A DNA stretch of 64,000 bases, taken from contig OZ242311.1 in NCBI GenBank assembly GCA_965207885.1, forward strand, positions 3,584,001-3,648,000, read 5' to 3'. Positions 42,433-51,840 of the stretch are shown here, in pieces; positions within the stretch are counted from its first letter, which is position 1, and every line of letters begins with the position of its first letter. The position numbers were made by a program, and so were the translations under genes. The notes under the pieces were generated by a model, which saw only the letters and a list, made by a program, of their open reading frames with translations, did no database searches and was not told the DNA's origin. Origin of the DNA: Candidatus Latescibacterota bacterium (lineage in GTDB: Bacteria > Latescibacterota > UBA2968).

Positions 42433-45400
42433 TTAGAACGAGAACCGCAAGCCCAGGTTCACGCGGCGCGGGTTCAGGAACCAGATAAAGTCGTTGTTGG
42501 GCATGTCGATATACAGTTTGTTGTCCAGGACTTCATTTACAAAGTCCTGATTTGCCTGCGCCCAGTTTCCATTTTGATATTCGTGGTACTGACCGGTTTC
42601 CTGCACATACCACAACACGCGGCGGTCAGACTCGAGGCCCATGGGCAGTCCAGCCGTGATTTCCGCGTCGCCGGGCAATCCATTGGCGGGCAGTTCGCCA
42701 GCTGCACTGACAATTTCAATGGGCACAAACTGTGTGCCGTAATCCCTGAAACTGCCGGGCTTGTCATTGCCGGAAATGAACGCATAAGTCGGGTCAAACT
42801 CGCCAAATGTGTCTTCTGGCAAATGCAAGGACGACATGTAGAATTCCCAGTCTCGATCGCTGCCGGAAGGACCGTCAGAGTTGTTATTCAGACGCTTGAG
42901 GTTCAATACATTGCTCACGTCTAAAAAGAACATTGCCCGGACACCCATCATCGCAAATTGCCTGGTCAGGCGCAAATCCAGATTCTTAATACTCGTGAAT
43001 TGAACATTATTTGTCAGACCGGGGATAGCCCCAGCTTCTGGACCGTACCAATTAAAGTGCTGACCGGCTCGCCAGTTGCCCACCAGAGACATATCCCAAT
43101 TGCTCAGGGGATAAAACCCTGAGACCTGGGGACCAAAGTCTCGCGGCGTGTAAAATTCCAGTCCCATTCTGCCAAAGGGACGGCTGACGGGACGGCTCTG
43201 ATAGTGTCGCGTAGAGGTCGCGTCAATAGTGGCCTGTGTCTGACGGTTTTCAAACAGCTCGCGCCGGCCAAAGTTGCCGCCCTTAGTTTGCATATACGTA
43301 TAGTTGACGAAACCGCCAAACCACTCACCCCGGCGTTTTCGCACCGTCATTTCAAAGCCCCGGATATCGTCGTAGTTGAGGGGCTCAAAAAGAGAGTACG
43401 CCACGGTTTGATCCAGATTGGTATAGCGCACGCCAATTGCCTGGTCGTCGTTGGCTCTGTAATAGCCGCTCAAGCGCAGCAAATACCGGTCGAACAAATT
43501 TTGCTCAAAGCCGAGTTCGTAATTGATCGTGCGCGGCATGGGGTGATTGGGATTGCCGATCTGCGATACCGCACCGGTGTTGACCTCGTCTACGAGGAAG
43601 AGATTGTGCGGGTTGAGCATCTGGCGGAAATGCCCGTAGTTGAAAAACAACTTGCTGTCTGCTGTCACCGGGAACGAAATGCCCAGACGTGGGCTTAAAT
43701 ACGTCAACTTCTTGACCGGTGCCTGTTCGAGTGCTTCTGCGAGGTTGTCTTTGCCGATTTTAGCCCCAAATGCCGATGTGAAATCTTCGTACACCCACCA
43801 ATCGCCACTCGCATTCCAGTGATCTAACCGTACGCCGAGATTGGCGATCATCGCATTGAATTCGAGCTTGGTTTGCACGTATGCAGCAAATTGTTGGGGA
43901 GTGCGTTGCCATACGTATTTGGGGGCTGCGTTGTTCTTGAAAAACAACTCATATCTTCCGTGGTTGACATCGTAATCGCTGGTAATCCATTCAAAACCCG
44001 CCTTAAACTGCGCGACCTGACTGCGCTGGCTCGTGATGTCAAACCGCGTTGTATAGGCTACCACTTCAGAGTCGTCGCGTCCTTCGGCCCAGTGGCCACC
44101 GAATTCCAGACCATCGACAAAAATTTCGTTCTTCAAAAACCAGCCGCCCAAAGGCGCGCCTGTTAGACCAATGTGATTTTGCGTGACCTCTGAAACCTGC
44201 AAAGACGGATTGGGAGGCGCGAAGTCCGAATTGCGGGGAATGGTTTTTTCAACAGCCTTCAGATCGCGGTCGGGATACTTTTCGGTCAAATAGTCCGATT
44301 GCATCCTCTGAAAGCGGAACTCGTAAAATGTTCTGGGACTCAACACATGTGAAAAGCTGAGGCCAATATTGTTGCGCAGAATCTGAAGTGTGTTATCGAC
44401 GTGATCGCTCCAAATTCGGTCGTCGTTATTAAGCCTGCTCCCCAATTCCTGGTTGCCTCGCAACATGCCGGGGAAGCCGCTTCTATTTGGCGTGAGTCCA
44501 TATTCTTTGCCGGACATAGCCTCTACGCTCAATTTCATGCTGCTGCGAATATCCGACGTGACCTTCACGCGGCCCCAGTCGTTTTGGTATTCATCAATCA
44601 CACGGGGCATCATATACGCTCTGCGCTCGCGTTTGCCCGAAGCAAAGAACCGCAGACCGCCAAGGCGATTGCCCATTCCGGGTATTAAAGGCCCCCCAAA
44701 ACCCAGGTCGATATCGAAATCCGCATTGTGAACTTCCAGATCTTTGCGGCGATACCATTCGAACAACTCTGTGATGACCGCATCATCTACTTGCAGCTCA
44801 CTCGTATTTAAGGTCGATTCATCTACGCCGGTGTCTCTCACGCCCACACCGTGATACGGATCGGCAGGGGCGTCAGCCCAGCGTCTCACAATGGTGTTCC
44901 ACCCGGCCCATTGCGGATACTGCCGCCGCGTGTACACATCCCATTTGCTTTCGGGCGAATGGCTGCCCACGTTTTTTACATCGGGATCGGTGAATGGACG
45001 CCAGAAATAACTGTTTGGGCTATTGGGTAGTGGGCCAAAATAATCGCGCTGTGCGCCGCTGTATCGCAACAACACATCGCCATTATAGCGTTGCTTGTCA
45101 CCTTCTTTGGTCACAATATTGACCAGACCAGAACGCACGTTGCCGTATTCGGCGTTGAACCCACCCGATTGCACGCTCATTTCTTTGATTGAGGTATAAC
45201 TCACCGTTGAATACGGTTCGTTTTCGCGGCCATCTCGCATGGACAAACCATCGACTGAGAAGGCGATCTCATTCAAATCGCCACCTCGAATCGACAAGTC
45301 GCCATTAGCAGTGGACAGCACACCCGCCTCTAATCGCACGATTTCGTTCACGCTGATCAATGGCAGGTTTTCGACGTCTTGCGCGGAGATATTGGCGACA

Positions 45401-45804
45401 TTGGCGGAAATATCGGGTTGCACCACCGGGAGTTCGGCAACCACTGTGATCTCTGCCAGTTCAATGGTCTCTTCGACGAGGCCGTATTCACTGGAGAAAT
45501 TCACCGTTGTGGTCAGGTCGATAAAGACCCGCACATTAGTCTGTGTCGCTTGGTGATAGCCGACCATACTCGCATTGACGGTATAAGAACCCGGTGGCAC
45601 ATTGATGATGAAATAATTGCCATCGGGATCTGTTACGGCGCCCAATGTGGTGCCTTCAATGACCACATTGGCACCGGGCAGGGTTTCACCTGTGGATTTC
45701 TCCACGACCTTTCCGGCAATTTTACCGGTTGATCCGGCAAAAACAGCACTGGCTGAGAATGCCAGGGCTATGAAGAAAAAGAAAAACAGACTCGTCCGTC
45801 TCAT
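42433..45804 (-). CDS. TonB-dependent receptor with an N-terminal carboxypeptidase-regulatory-like domain
   Basis: GKIAGKV..GETLPGANV; plug IRGG and GGFNAEYGN; SPRLGISFP and YELGFEQ; terminal PRRVNLGLRFSF. Confidence 0.92.
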   Translation of the reverse strand: MRRTSLFFFFFIALAFSASAVFAGSTGKIAGKVVEKSTGETLPGANVVIEGTTLGAVTDPDGNYFIINVPPGSYTVNASMVGYHQATQTNVRVFIDLTTTVNFSSEYGLVEETIELAEITVVAELPVVQPDISANVANISAQDVENLPLISVNEIVRLEAGVLSTANGDLSIRGGDLNEIAFSVDGLSMRDGRENEPYSTVSYTSIKEMSVQSGGFNAEYGNVRSGLVNIVTKEGDKQRYNGDVLLRYSGAQRDYFGPLPNSPNSYFWRPFTDPDVKNVGSHSPESKWDVYTRRQYPQWAGWNTIVRRWADAPADPYHGVGVRDTGVDESTLNTSELQVDDAVITELFEWYRRKDLEVHNADFDIDLGFGGPLIPGMGNRLGGLRFFASGKRERRAYMMPRVIDEYQNDWGRVKVTSDIRSSMKLSVEAMSGKEYGLTPNRSGFPGMLRGNQELGSRLNNDDRIWSDHVDNTLQILRNNIGLSFSHVLSPRTFYEFRFQRMQSDYLTEKYPDRDLKAVEKTIPRNSDFAPPNPSLQVSEVTQNHIGLTGAPLGGWFLKNEIFVDGLEFGGHWAEGRDDSEVVAYTTRFDITSQRSQVAQFKAGFEWITSDYDVNHGRYELFFKNNAAPKYVWQRTPQQFAAYVQTKLEFNAMIANLGVRLDHWNASGDWWVYEDFTSAFGAKIGKDNLAEALEQAPVKKLTYLSPRLGISFPVTADSKLFFNYGHFRQMLNPHNLFLVDEVNTGAVSQIGNPNHPMPRTINYELGFEQNLFDRYLLRLSGYYRANDDQAIGVRYTNLDQTVAYSLFEPLNYDDIRGFEMTVRKRRGEWFGGFVNYTYMQTKGGNFGRRELFENRQTQATIDATSTRHYQSRPVSRPFGRMGLEFYTPRDFGPQVSGFYPLSNWDMSLVGNWRAGQHFNWYGPEAGAIPGLTNNVQFTSIKNLDLRLTRQFAMMGVRAMFFLDVSNVLNLKRLNNNSDGPSGSDRDWEFYMSSLHLPEDTFGEFDPTYAFISGNDKPGSFRDYGTQFVPIEIVSAAGELPANGLPGDAEITAGLPMGLESDRRVLWYVQETGQYHEYQNGNWAQANQDFVNEVLDNKLYIDMPNNDFIWFLNPRRVNLGLRFSF

Positions 45805-46071
45805 AGACTTCCTCCTGTGGTGAAAAGGACAGTTGCGCTTTTAGTATTGGAATTGAATCAGATTGCCCGAAATTGAAGGGAGACAATCTGTTATGATTCA
45901 AAATTCAGACTCCTTAAGGTATCATTTTACAAAAAAAAATCAACAATAATTGTGACAATTAGCAGCTTGCAGTTAGCAGTCGGTAGTCAGCCACATTTGC
46001 GACTACAATAGTTTAGACAAACAACGCCCCACTTCGTTCCTATGAAACTATAATAAATTGTTAAAAATGTT

Positions 46072-47268
46072 CATAGTACACGACAAAACCTAAATCGGGT
46101 TAAAATCTGGCGGATTAATCAGTAAACGAATGCATTTGAGGAACTGCTGGGCTTGTTGGTGTATATTGAGCAGGACATACTGCAAATAGTCCAACCCATA
46201 TCGGAAGAGACTTTTTTCCATCCGTCCGTGGTTTTTGACCTTCAAAGGTTTTGTAAGGGCGATCCATTCGCCGATGATATGGGCCCAGGTGCAGGCAATA
46301 GCCAAAAGCGCGATGAGTTTTTCAATGCGATCTTGATGTATAAGGTGGGTCTCTTCCAGATTAAATCCTCGACTTTTCAAATTTGCAAAAAGGACTTCAA
46401 TGCCCCAACGTTTTTTATACACCTCCAATGCGACTTGACGTTGTTGGTTGCTTGCAAGAATGAGGTATTGATCCTTCAATCTTAGCGCAGACACATACAC
46501 AGGTAGGTCATAAACGCGGCGAGGTCTTTGTAGGCTGACCTGCTGATGGATGTGCAAATTTTCAAAGAGTTTTTTTATGGGTATCTCTCTATCTGCCCTT
46601 GAGACAAGGGCATTTTCCTTGATGCGGATGACAAAAGGGATGTTTTGTGTGTCTAACCACGCAAACCATTCTCTTCCAATGAATTCTCTATCTGCCAATA
46701 CAACGCGGATATGAGACTTGGGAATGCGCGTAAGCACCTGTTTCATCAAATTGATACGCTCATCACTATTGGAATTGCCTCGTTTTTTTAACAAGTGCCA
46801 ACACATAGGAAAGGCGACCCCTTCATAGATAATGCCTGCGGTTAGGATGTTGATATTGAATTTGCCTAACTTCCAATTAGTGCGATCTATTGAGACTGCA
46901 AAATCGGTCTTTATAGGTAATAAGTGCAAGATCAGTCGCGTCACGGCTTCATAAGGAATGTCAAACTCAGCGAAAAAACGCTGTATCCTGCGGTAATTTG
47001 ATTGCGGTTTGACCTGTCCATTTAGCGCATTAGCCAATTTGGCGAAGTTGACCCTGCTCAGCTTGACCAAAGACAAGATGAAGGCCGCTGTGAAAGTGAT
47101 GCGTGCTTTATGCCACCCAAAATGGCCTTGCAATACATGGTGAAGTTGTATAACTTGACGAGACATAGACCTGTGCCTTGTTGAGATGAGAAGGTTCGTT
47201 TTCACACATTCAAACCTAACTCTTTTTCACGTTTTGCACAGGTCTTTTATTTTTTGTCGTGTACTTTA
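46072..47268 (-). mobile_element. IS4-family insertion sequence, copy 2 (1197 bp, inverted relative to copy 1)
   Basis: Same ends and identical transposase; in element orientation the left flank is AAAATTTCA (47269-47277) and the right flank is AACATTTTT (46063-46071). Confidence 0.95.
46090..47205 (-). CDS. IS4-family DDE transposase
   Basis: 371-aa protein identical to 32078-33193. Confidence 0.95.
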   Translation of the reverse strand: MKTNLLISTRHRSMSRQVIQLHHVLQGHFGWHKARITFTAAFILSLVKLSRVNFAKLANALNGQVKPQSNYRRIQRFFAEFDIPYEAVTRLILHLLPIKTDFAVSIDRTNWKLGKFNINILTAGIIYEGVAFPMCWHLLKKRGNSNSDERINLMKQVLTRIPKSHIRVVLADREFIGREWFAWLDTQNIPFVIRIKENALVSRADREIPIKKLFENLHIHQQVSLQRPRRVYDLPVYVSALRLKDQYLILASNQQRQVALEVYKKRWGIEVLFANLKSRGFNLEETHLIHQDRIEKLIALLAIACTWAHIIGEWIALTKPLKVKNHGRMEKSLFRYGLDYLQYVLLNIHQQAQQFLKCIRLLINPPDFNPI

Positions 47269-47339
47269 TGAAATTTTATGAAATCGACGACGAAAAAGCC
47301 AAAGAGATCAAGGCAGATCTGAATAAACGAAATAATTAA
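47269..47339 (+). pseudogene. Detached C-terminal fragment of the GPH/MFS transporter
   Basis: Reads (L)KFYEIDDEKAKEIKADLNKRNN* and continues the MFS frame across the shared TSD TGAAATTTT. Confidence 0.85.
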
Positions 47340-47342
47340 ATC

Positions 47343-49301
47343 ATGGCAGAGCAATTCAAACAACTCTCGGAAACAACACCCGTACGGGCGGTGACAACGC
47401 GATCGGTAATTGCATCGGTGGTAGTGATTACTGCAAGCGTGCTGTGGAATGAGTGGATGCCGTACTATACGTCGGGATCGAACATCAGCCGCAGCCATTT
47501 CCCCATGGCGTTTTTCTTTCCGTTTTTGATCGCGTGTACTCTCAACCTGACATTGAATCACTTACGAACGGGATGGGGGCTTTCGCGGTCGGAATTGCTG
47601 GTGGTTCTGGGATCGGGCTTTGTGGGGATCGCGCTGGCTTACGACGGGTTGACGGGCCACTTTTTCGGGGTTCTGGCAGCCCCTTATTATTTTTCCTCCG
47701 TAGAAAATGGATGGGGTTTTATACACAACACCATCCCCACCTGGCTCGCACCGTCGAATGCCACCGGTGAAATGACGCGGTTTTTTGAAGGCGGAGGTGG
47801 GTCTCCCCCGTGGCGCGTATGGGCAGTACCCGTTTTCTGGTGGATGTGCTTTTTCGGTGCAATGGGCTTTGGGGTATTTTGCCTGGTCGTAATTTTGCGG
47901 AAGCAATGGGTAGATTACGAGCGTTTGGCATATCCACTTGTCGAAGTCGCACAATCACTGGCAGAGACAGAGAAAGGCGGCGGACTGGAAAAAACATTTC
48001 GCTCTCCCCTATTCTGGATCGCATTTTCTCTGGTCATGCTCTTGAAATTGTGGAATATCGCGTCTTATTTTACCCCGGCATTTCCGCATATAGACATCGA
48101 AGAAACACTATGGCAACCAATTCCAGATTTCCCCTGGATGGTAAATCGCCTGAGTTTCTACGCCATTGGGTTCGGGTATTTTGCGCGCCTGGATGTACTC
48201 TTCAGCGTGTGGTTTTTCATTATTTTGACGGCGTTTCAGGTATATGTATTCAATATCTTTGGATATCAAATCGGCGCAGCAACCCGACACTGGACAAGCG
48301 ATGCCCTGGGCTGGCAAAGCATTGGGGCATTGATCTTTTTGTCTGCCTGGGGATTGTGGATGGCACGCGCGCACCTGAAAGCCGTGGTGAGAAAAGCCCT
48401 GTATCCCAATTGCGAGGTAGATGATAGCGGCGAGTTGCTGTCCTATCGCATGGCGGTGTTCGGCTTATTGGGAGCATTCGCATTTGTCTCGGCGTGGCTA
48501 TATACGGCGGGCATGCCCTTGTGGGTGGTATTCTCCTTTCTCATTTTGGCGATGTTATTATTCCTGGGCCTTGCCCGCGCCATCGCAGAATTGGGCCTGG
48601 TCTATGTGTACTATCGCATTCAGCCTCACGATGCCGTGGTTCAGGCATTTGGTTCGGGTATGGTCGGGCTTTCCGGTGTGGTAGTGCTCGGGTTTATGCA
48701 TGTGTTTAACCAGTGGCCCGATATAGGGAAGGGATTTTTGATGCCGCCGTTTACGCAAGCGGTAAAAGCGGTGGATAAGGTCGTCAGTCCGCGGCGAATT
48801 ACAGCGGTGCTGTGGCTGGCATTGGCACTGGGTTTCACCATCTCAATAGTGGATACCCTGTATTTGAGTTATGAATACGGAGCCTATAATTTGGGCAATA
48901 TGGGGATGAAGAAGACGGGACCAGTGGCGTTTGATTTTGTAATTACAGAAATACGAAATCCCCTGGCACCCGGCGGCAATGGCAGGGTCATGTGGGCATT
49001 TATCGGGATGGGCCTGATGGCGATTTTGACGACCGTTCGCTACTGGGTGCCGTGGTGGCCCCTGCACCCGATTGGCCTGGCCATGCAGGGGAATTACGGC
49101 GTGAGCAAGACGGTCTTTTCGATTTTTATTGTCTGGTCAATCAAAGCGGTTGTCATGAAAATGGGCGGCGTGCAATTGTACGAAAGGGGCAAGCCGTTTT
49201 TCATCGGCTTGCTGGCAGCACAGGCGGTGAGCACGGGCCTGGTATTTATCATAGATTGGTTCTGGTTCCCTCTGCAAGGGCATAATGTGCACAATTTTTA
49301 G
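47343..49301 (+). CDS. Polytopic membrane protein, DUF6785/DUF6784-like, paralog B
   Basis: Colinear with paralog A, sharing long identical blocks (SVLWNEWMPYYTSGSNISRSHFP; WFPLQGHNVHNF). Confidence 0.75.
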   Translation: MAEQFKQLSETTPVRAVTTRSVIASVVVITASVLWNEWMPYYTSGSNISRSHFPMAFFFPFLIACTLNLTLNHLRTGWGLSRSELLVVLGSGFVGIALAYDGLTGHFFGVLAAPYYFSSVENGWGFIHNTIPTWLAPSNATGEMTRFFEGGGGSPPWRVWAVPVFWWMCFFGAMGFGVFCLVVILRKQWVDYERLAYPLVEVAQSLAETEKGGGLEKTFRSPLFWIAFSLVMLLKLWNIASYFTPAFPHIDIEETLWQPIPDFPWMVNRLSFYAIGFGYFARLDVLFSVWFFIILTAFQVYVFNIFGYQIGAATRHWTSDALGWQSIGALIFLSAWGLWMARAHLKAVVRKALYPNCEVDDSGELLSYRMAVFGLLGAFAFVSAWLYTAGMPLWVVFSFLILAMLLFLGLARAIAELGLVYVYYRIQPHDAVVQAFGSGMVGLSGVVVLGFMHVFNQWPDIGKGFLMPPFTQAVKAVDKVVSPRRITAVLWLALALGFTISIVDTLYLSYEYGAYNLGNMGMKKTGPVAFDFVITEIRNPLAPGGNGRVMWAFIGMGLMAILTTVRYWVPWWPLHPIGLAMQGNYGVSKTVFSIFIVWSIKAVVMKMGGVQLYERGKPFFIGLLAAQAVSTGLVFIIDWFWFPLQGHNVHNF

Positions 49302-49323
49302 AGAATGCTCCGTTGTGCTACAA

Positions 49324-51840
49324 TCACTCGTCCATCCCCGCGTCTTGCAGAGCACTCAACAAATGGGGCACGCCGAAAAACAGCAGGCTCAAGTACATGG
49401 GACTCAGTCCCACTGCGCCGCGCCTTTTGGGATCGTCGCTCCAATCCTGCGATTCGGCCAAGCGGCGCAGCAGTTGCCGGCCCACCTCCAAATAGCCCCG
49501 CTCGCCTGTCAGCCTGTACGCATAGCTCAGATGGCGGCATAGCACCCCGCCGTAGCGCTGCTTCCACGCCATTTCGGAATCGAAAACGTCCGGCCCACCG
49601 CAAAACCAATCCACAGCCCGCAGATAGCATTTTGCCACATCGGTCCGGCCTGTCAATCGGTGTAGCAATTCGAGGCCGATCATTAAATAGTGGATCTGAT
49701 AGCCCTTCTGGTCGGCGTAGGACAGCACGTGTTTGCCCTCGGCAGAAGCCCCGCCCAGGGCCTTGTGCTCAGCCGGGGTAAAAGGTGTTGCGGTGCCCAT
49801 TTCCACGGCCAGGGTCGTACCTTCGGTGGCCATGCCGTAGGGTGCCTGGTCGGGCAACCGATCGGGGGTGGAAACCTGAAAGCGCTTGTGCCAACTGCCG
49901 TCGTCGTTCTGACCCCGGGCGATGACCTGAAAAATTTCTTCGGCGCGCTGTTTGAAACGCGCTTTGCCCGTTAGTTCCCACAAATACAGCAGGCCGCGCA
50001 AAGTGTTGGCAATGCTGCGCAAACTAAAGGAAAAACGGGAATCTTCGCTCCAGCGATAGCGCAGGAAAAATTCGCCAGCTTCCCCGAGTACCTCCAATGT
50101 CCGGTGGTCGCCCGTCAAGTAGTAATAGTCAATCCAGTTGTCGATAAAAGTGTGCGAAGCACAAGGCTCGTCGCCAAAGTGGTCGATGCTGTGTCGGAAA
50201 CAGCCGCCGACCCGATACGGCCTGAGCGGGTGGTAGTGGCAGGTATCGACATCCATCGAGTGCCGGGTCATAGCCTCACCGAGACGGAACCAGCGCCCTG
50301 CCCCGCTGCGCAAATACTGGATCCACACCCCGTGGCGCGGGTCCCACTCGCTGTTGCACCAGCCCCACCTGCCCCGGAAGCGCCAGTCGCCGGTCGATTC
50401 CTCCCAGGCCACGAGCACATCGCCCCAGTCAAAAAAACCGCGCCAGCGATTGACCTCAATACTGCGCGCCATCCACTCGAGGAAGCCGTCGAGCATGCGC
50501 TCGGAGTGCGGAAAGGCATCTACCGCGCGGACCGCAAAGCCGCCGGCGACTTCGCAGTGAGCCATCCAGCCGGGATCAACCGCGACGTGTGGCCAATCGA
50601 GCAAAGCCGTCAGCCGTTGGGGGGCTTCTTCGCTGGTATTGCGCTGGAAGTAATCGATAAAAAATTCCGAGGTTTTGGCCGTGCCCAGGCCATCGCTGTA
50701 CACGCCTTCTCCCTCGTGCCAGGCCACTTCCTCGGCATAGCGCTTGAAATGCAGTCGCCCGCCATCCGGATCTTTCCACAAAAACACGTCGATCCCCCCT
50801 CGATCCACGCCTATGGCTTTGGGGTATTCCTCGGCCATATAGCGCAACGCCACCCCGACCCCGGCTTCCTCGCCCTCCAACACCGCCCACCCACCGGCCC
50901 GTTCTCCTTCAGCTATCCTCTCTGAGTGCCCGCTGCGCCGCCGCGCCAGGCGGAAGTGGCGATCCTGACGCTGAGCCAAAAGCAGGCCTTCGTCCTGACC
51001 CAGAACGCCTTCCATACACCGATTTCCACCCACCCGATAGCGTCGTTTTCCCGCCCAATCCACCGGGATTCGCACGGCCAGTTCCCGCAATTCGGTCTGA
51101 TCTGGATCGCAGGCCACCACGACGGTGTGCAAGACCCGCAAAAAGGCGTGTCCGGCAAAGGCGTATATCCGCGTCACGAAACGAAATGGTTGATAGCCGA
51201 CGTAGTGGTGCATAGGCGCCTCGGATTCCAGGGCACCTTCGCAGCGAATCACCGCCCGTAGAGGCCCGGATTCTTCCACCTGGACCCGGTACGCGCTTTC
51301 CCCCAGCGATGCCCGGCACATCCCGCCCATGCCATAGATCCGCCGCTGGGTCTCCCCAATCTCAAAAGCCTCGCAAATATCGGCCCAACTGTCGCCGCCT
51401 TGCGAACTCACAGCGACTTCTTCGACAAAGCCATCGGCCTCCTGCCGCCCCAATGATACCGCGTGTACCAGGCCATAGCGCTGCCGACTCACGGCAAAGC
51501 GCAAGGGGCCGGTACACACGACAATGCGCTCGTCACTCTCGCTTATTTGCAGTCGATTCGCCGGAGTAGCGCGAGGGGCTTCGCCAGCATAACACAAGTG
51601 GTAAACCGTTGATCCGACCACGTCGGCTTGAAAATCGACCAGGACCCACTTGATACTGCCGTCGGGCCAATGGCTCAGCGGACGACTTTGCAGGTTTACA
51701 GCCCGTCCCCGAGCATCCTCCAACCACAAATCGGCGCATTCGGCTACAGCCCCTTGTGGCAGAGGCACGCCCCGGGTCACAGGCCACGCACGGCGTTCGA
51801 TCCCGCTCTCTTCCTGGACAGTCAATATTAGACGTTGCAT
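49324..51840 (-). CDS. YetA/exo-rhamnogalacturonan lyase (PL26)-like protein
   Basis: PVTRGVPLPQG, WPDGSIKWVLVDF, GFFDWGD, WCNSEWD, RHSMDVD and YYYLTGD motifs; start MQRL after GGAGG. Confidence 0.65.
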   Translation of the reverse strand: MQRLILTVQEESGIERRAWPVTRGVPLPQGAVAECADLWLEDARGRAVNLQSRPLSHWPDGSIKWVLVDFQADVVGSTVYHLCYAGEAPRATPANRLQISESDERIVVCTGPLRFAVSRQRYGLVHAVSLGRQEADGFVEEVAVSSQGGDSWADICEAFEIGETQRRIYGMGGMCRASLGESAYRVQVEESGPLRAVIRCEGALESEAPMHHYVGYQPFRFVTRIYAFAGHAFLRVLHTVVVACDPDQTELRELAVRIPVDWAGKRRYRVGGNRCMEGVLGQDEGLLLAQRQDRHFRLARRRSGHSERIAEGERAGGWAVLEGEEAGVGVALRYMAEEYPKAIGVDRGGIDVFLWKDPDGGRLHFKRYAEEVAWHEGEGVYSDGLGTAKTSEFFIDYFQRNTSEEAPQRLTALLDWPHVAVDPGWMAHCEVAGGFAVRAVDAFPHSERMLDGFLEWMARSIEVNRWRGFFDWGDVLVAWEESTGDWRFRGRWGWCNSEWDPRHGVWIQYLRSGAGRWFRLGEAMTRHSMDVDTCHYHPLRPYRVGGCFRHSIDHFGDEPCASHTFIDNWIDYYYLTGDHRTLEVLGEAGEFFLRYRWSEDSRFSFSLRSIANTLRGLLYLWELTGKARFKQRAEEIFQVIARGQNDDGSWHKRFQVSTPDRLPDQAPYGMATEGTTLAVEMGTATPFTPAEHKALGGASAEGKHVLSYADQKGYQIHYLMIGLELLHRLTGRTDVAKCYLRAVDWFCGGPDVFDSEMAWKQRYGGVLCRHLSYAYRLTGERGYLEVGRQLLRRLAESQDWSDDPKRRGAVGLSPMYLSLLFFGVPHLLSALQDAGMDE

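Noticed and set aside
32015-47268. Composite transposon (Tn10-like) carrying the uptake cluster
   Set aside because: The outer flanks (AACATTTTT and TGAAATTTT on the + strand) are not a direct repeat, and a cargo gene continues outside the unit. Swapped TSDs fit two insertions plus an inversion.
47254-47282. Hybrid IS-outward promoter TTGTCG-17-TATGAA for DUF6785 B
   Set aside because: Weak match to consensus in AT-rich sequence; cannot be supported without TSS data.
47247-47561. 104-aa minus-strand ORF at the IS boundary
   Set aside because: Antisense to DUF6785 B and the MFS tail, which explain the region better.
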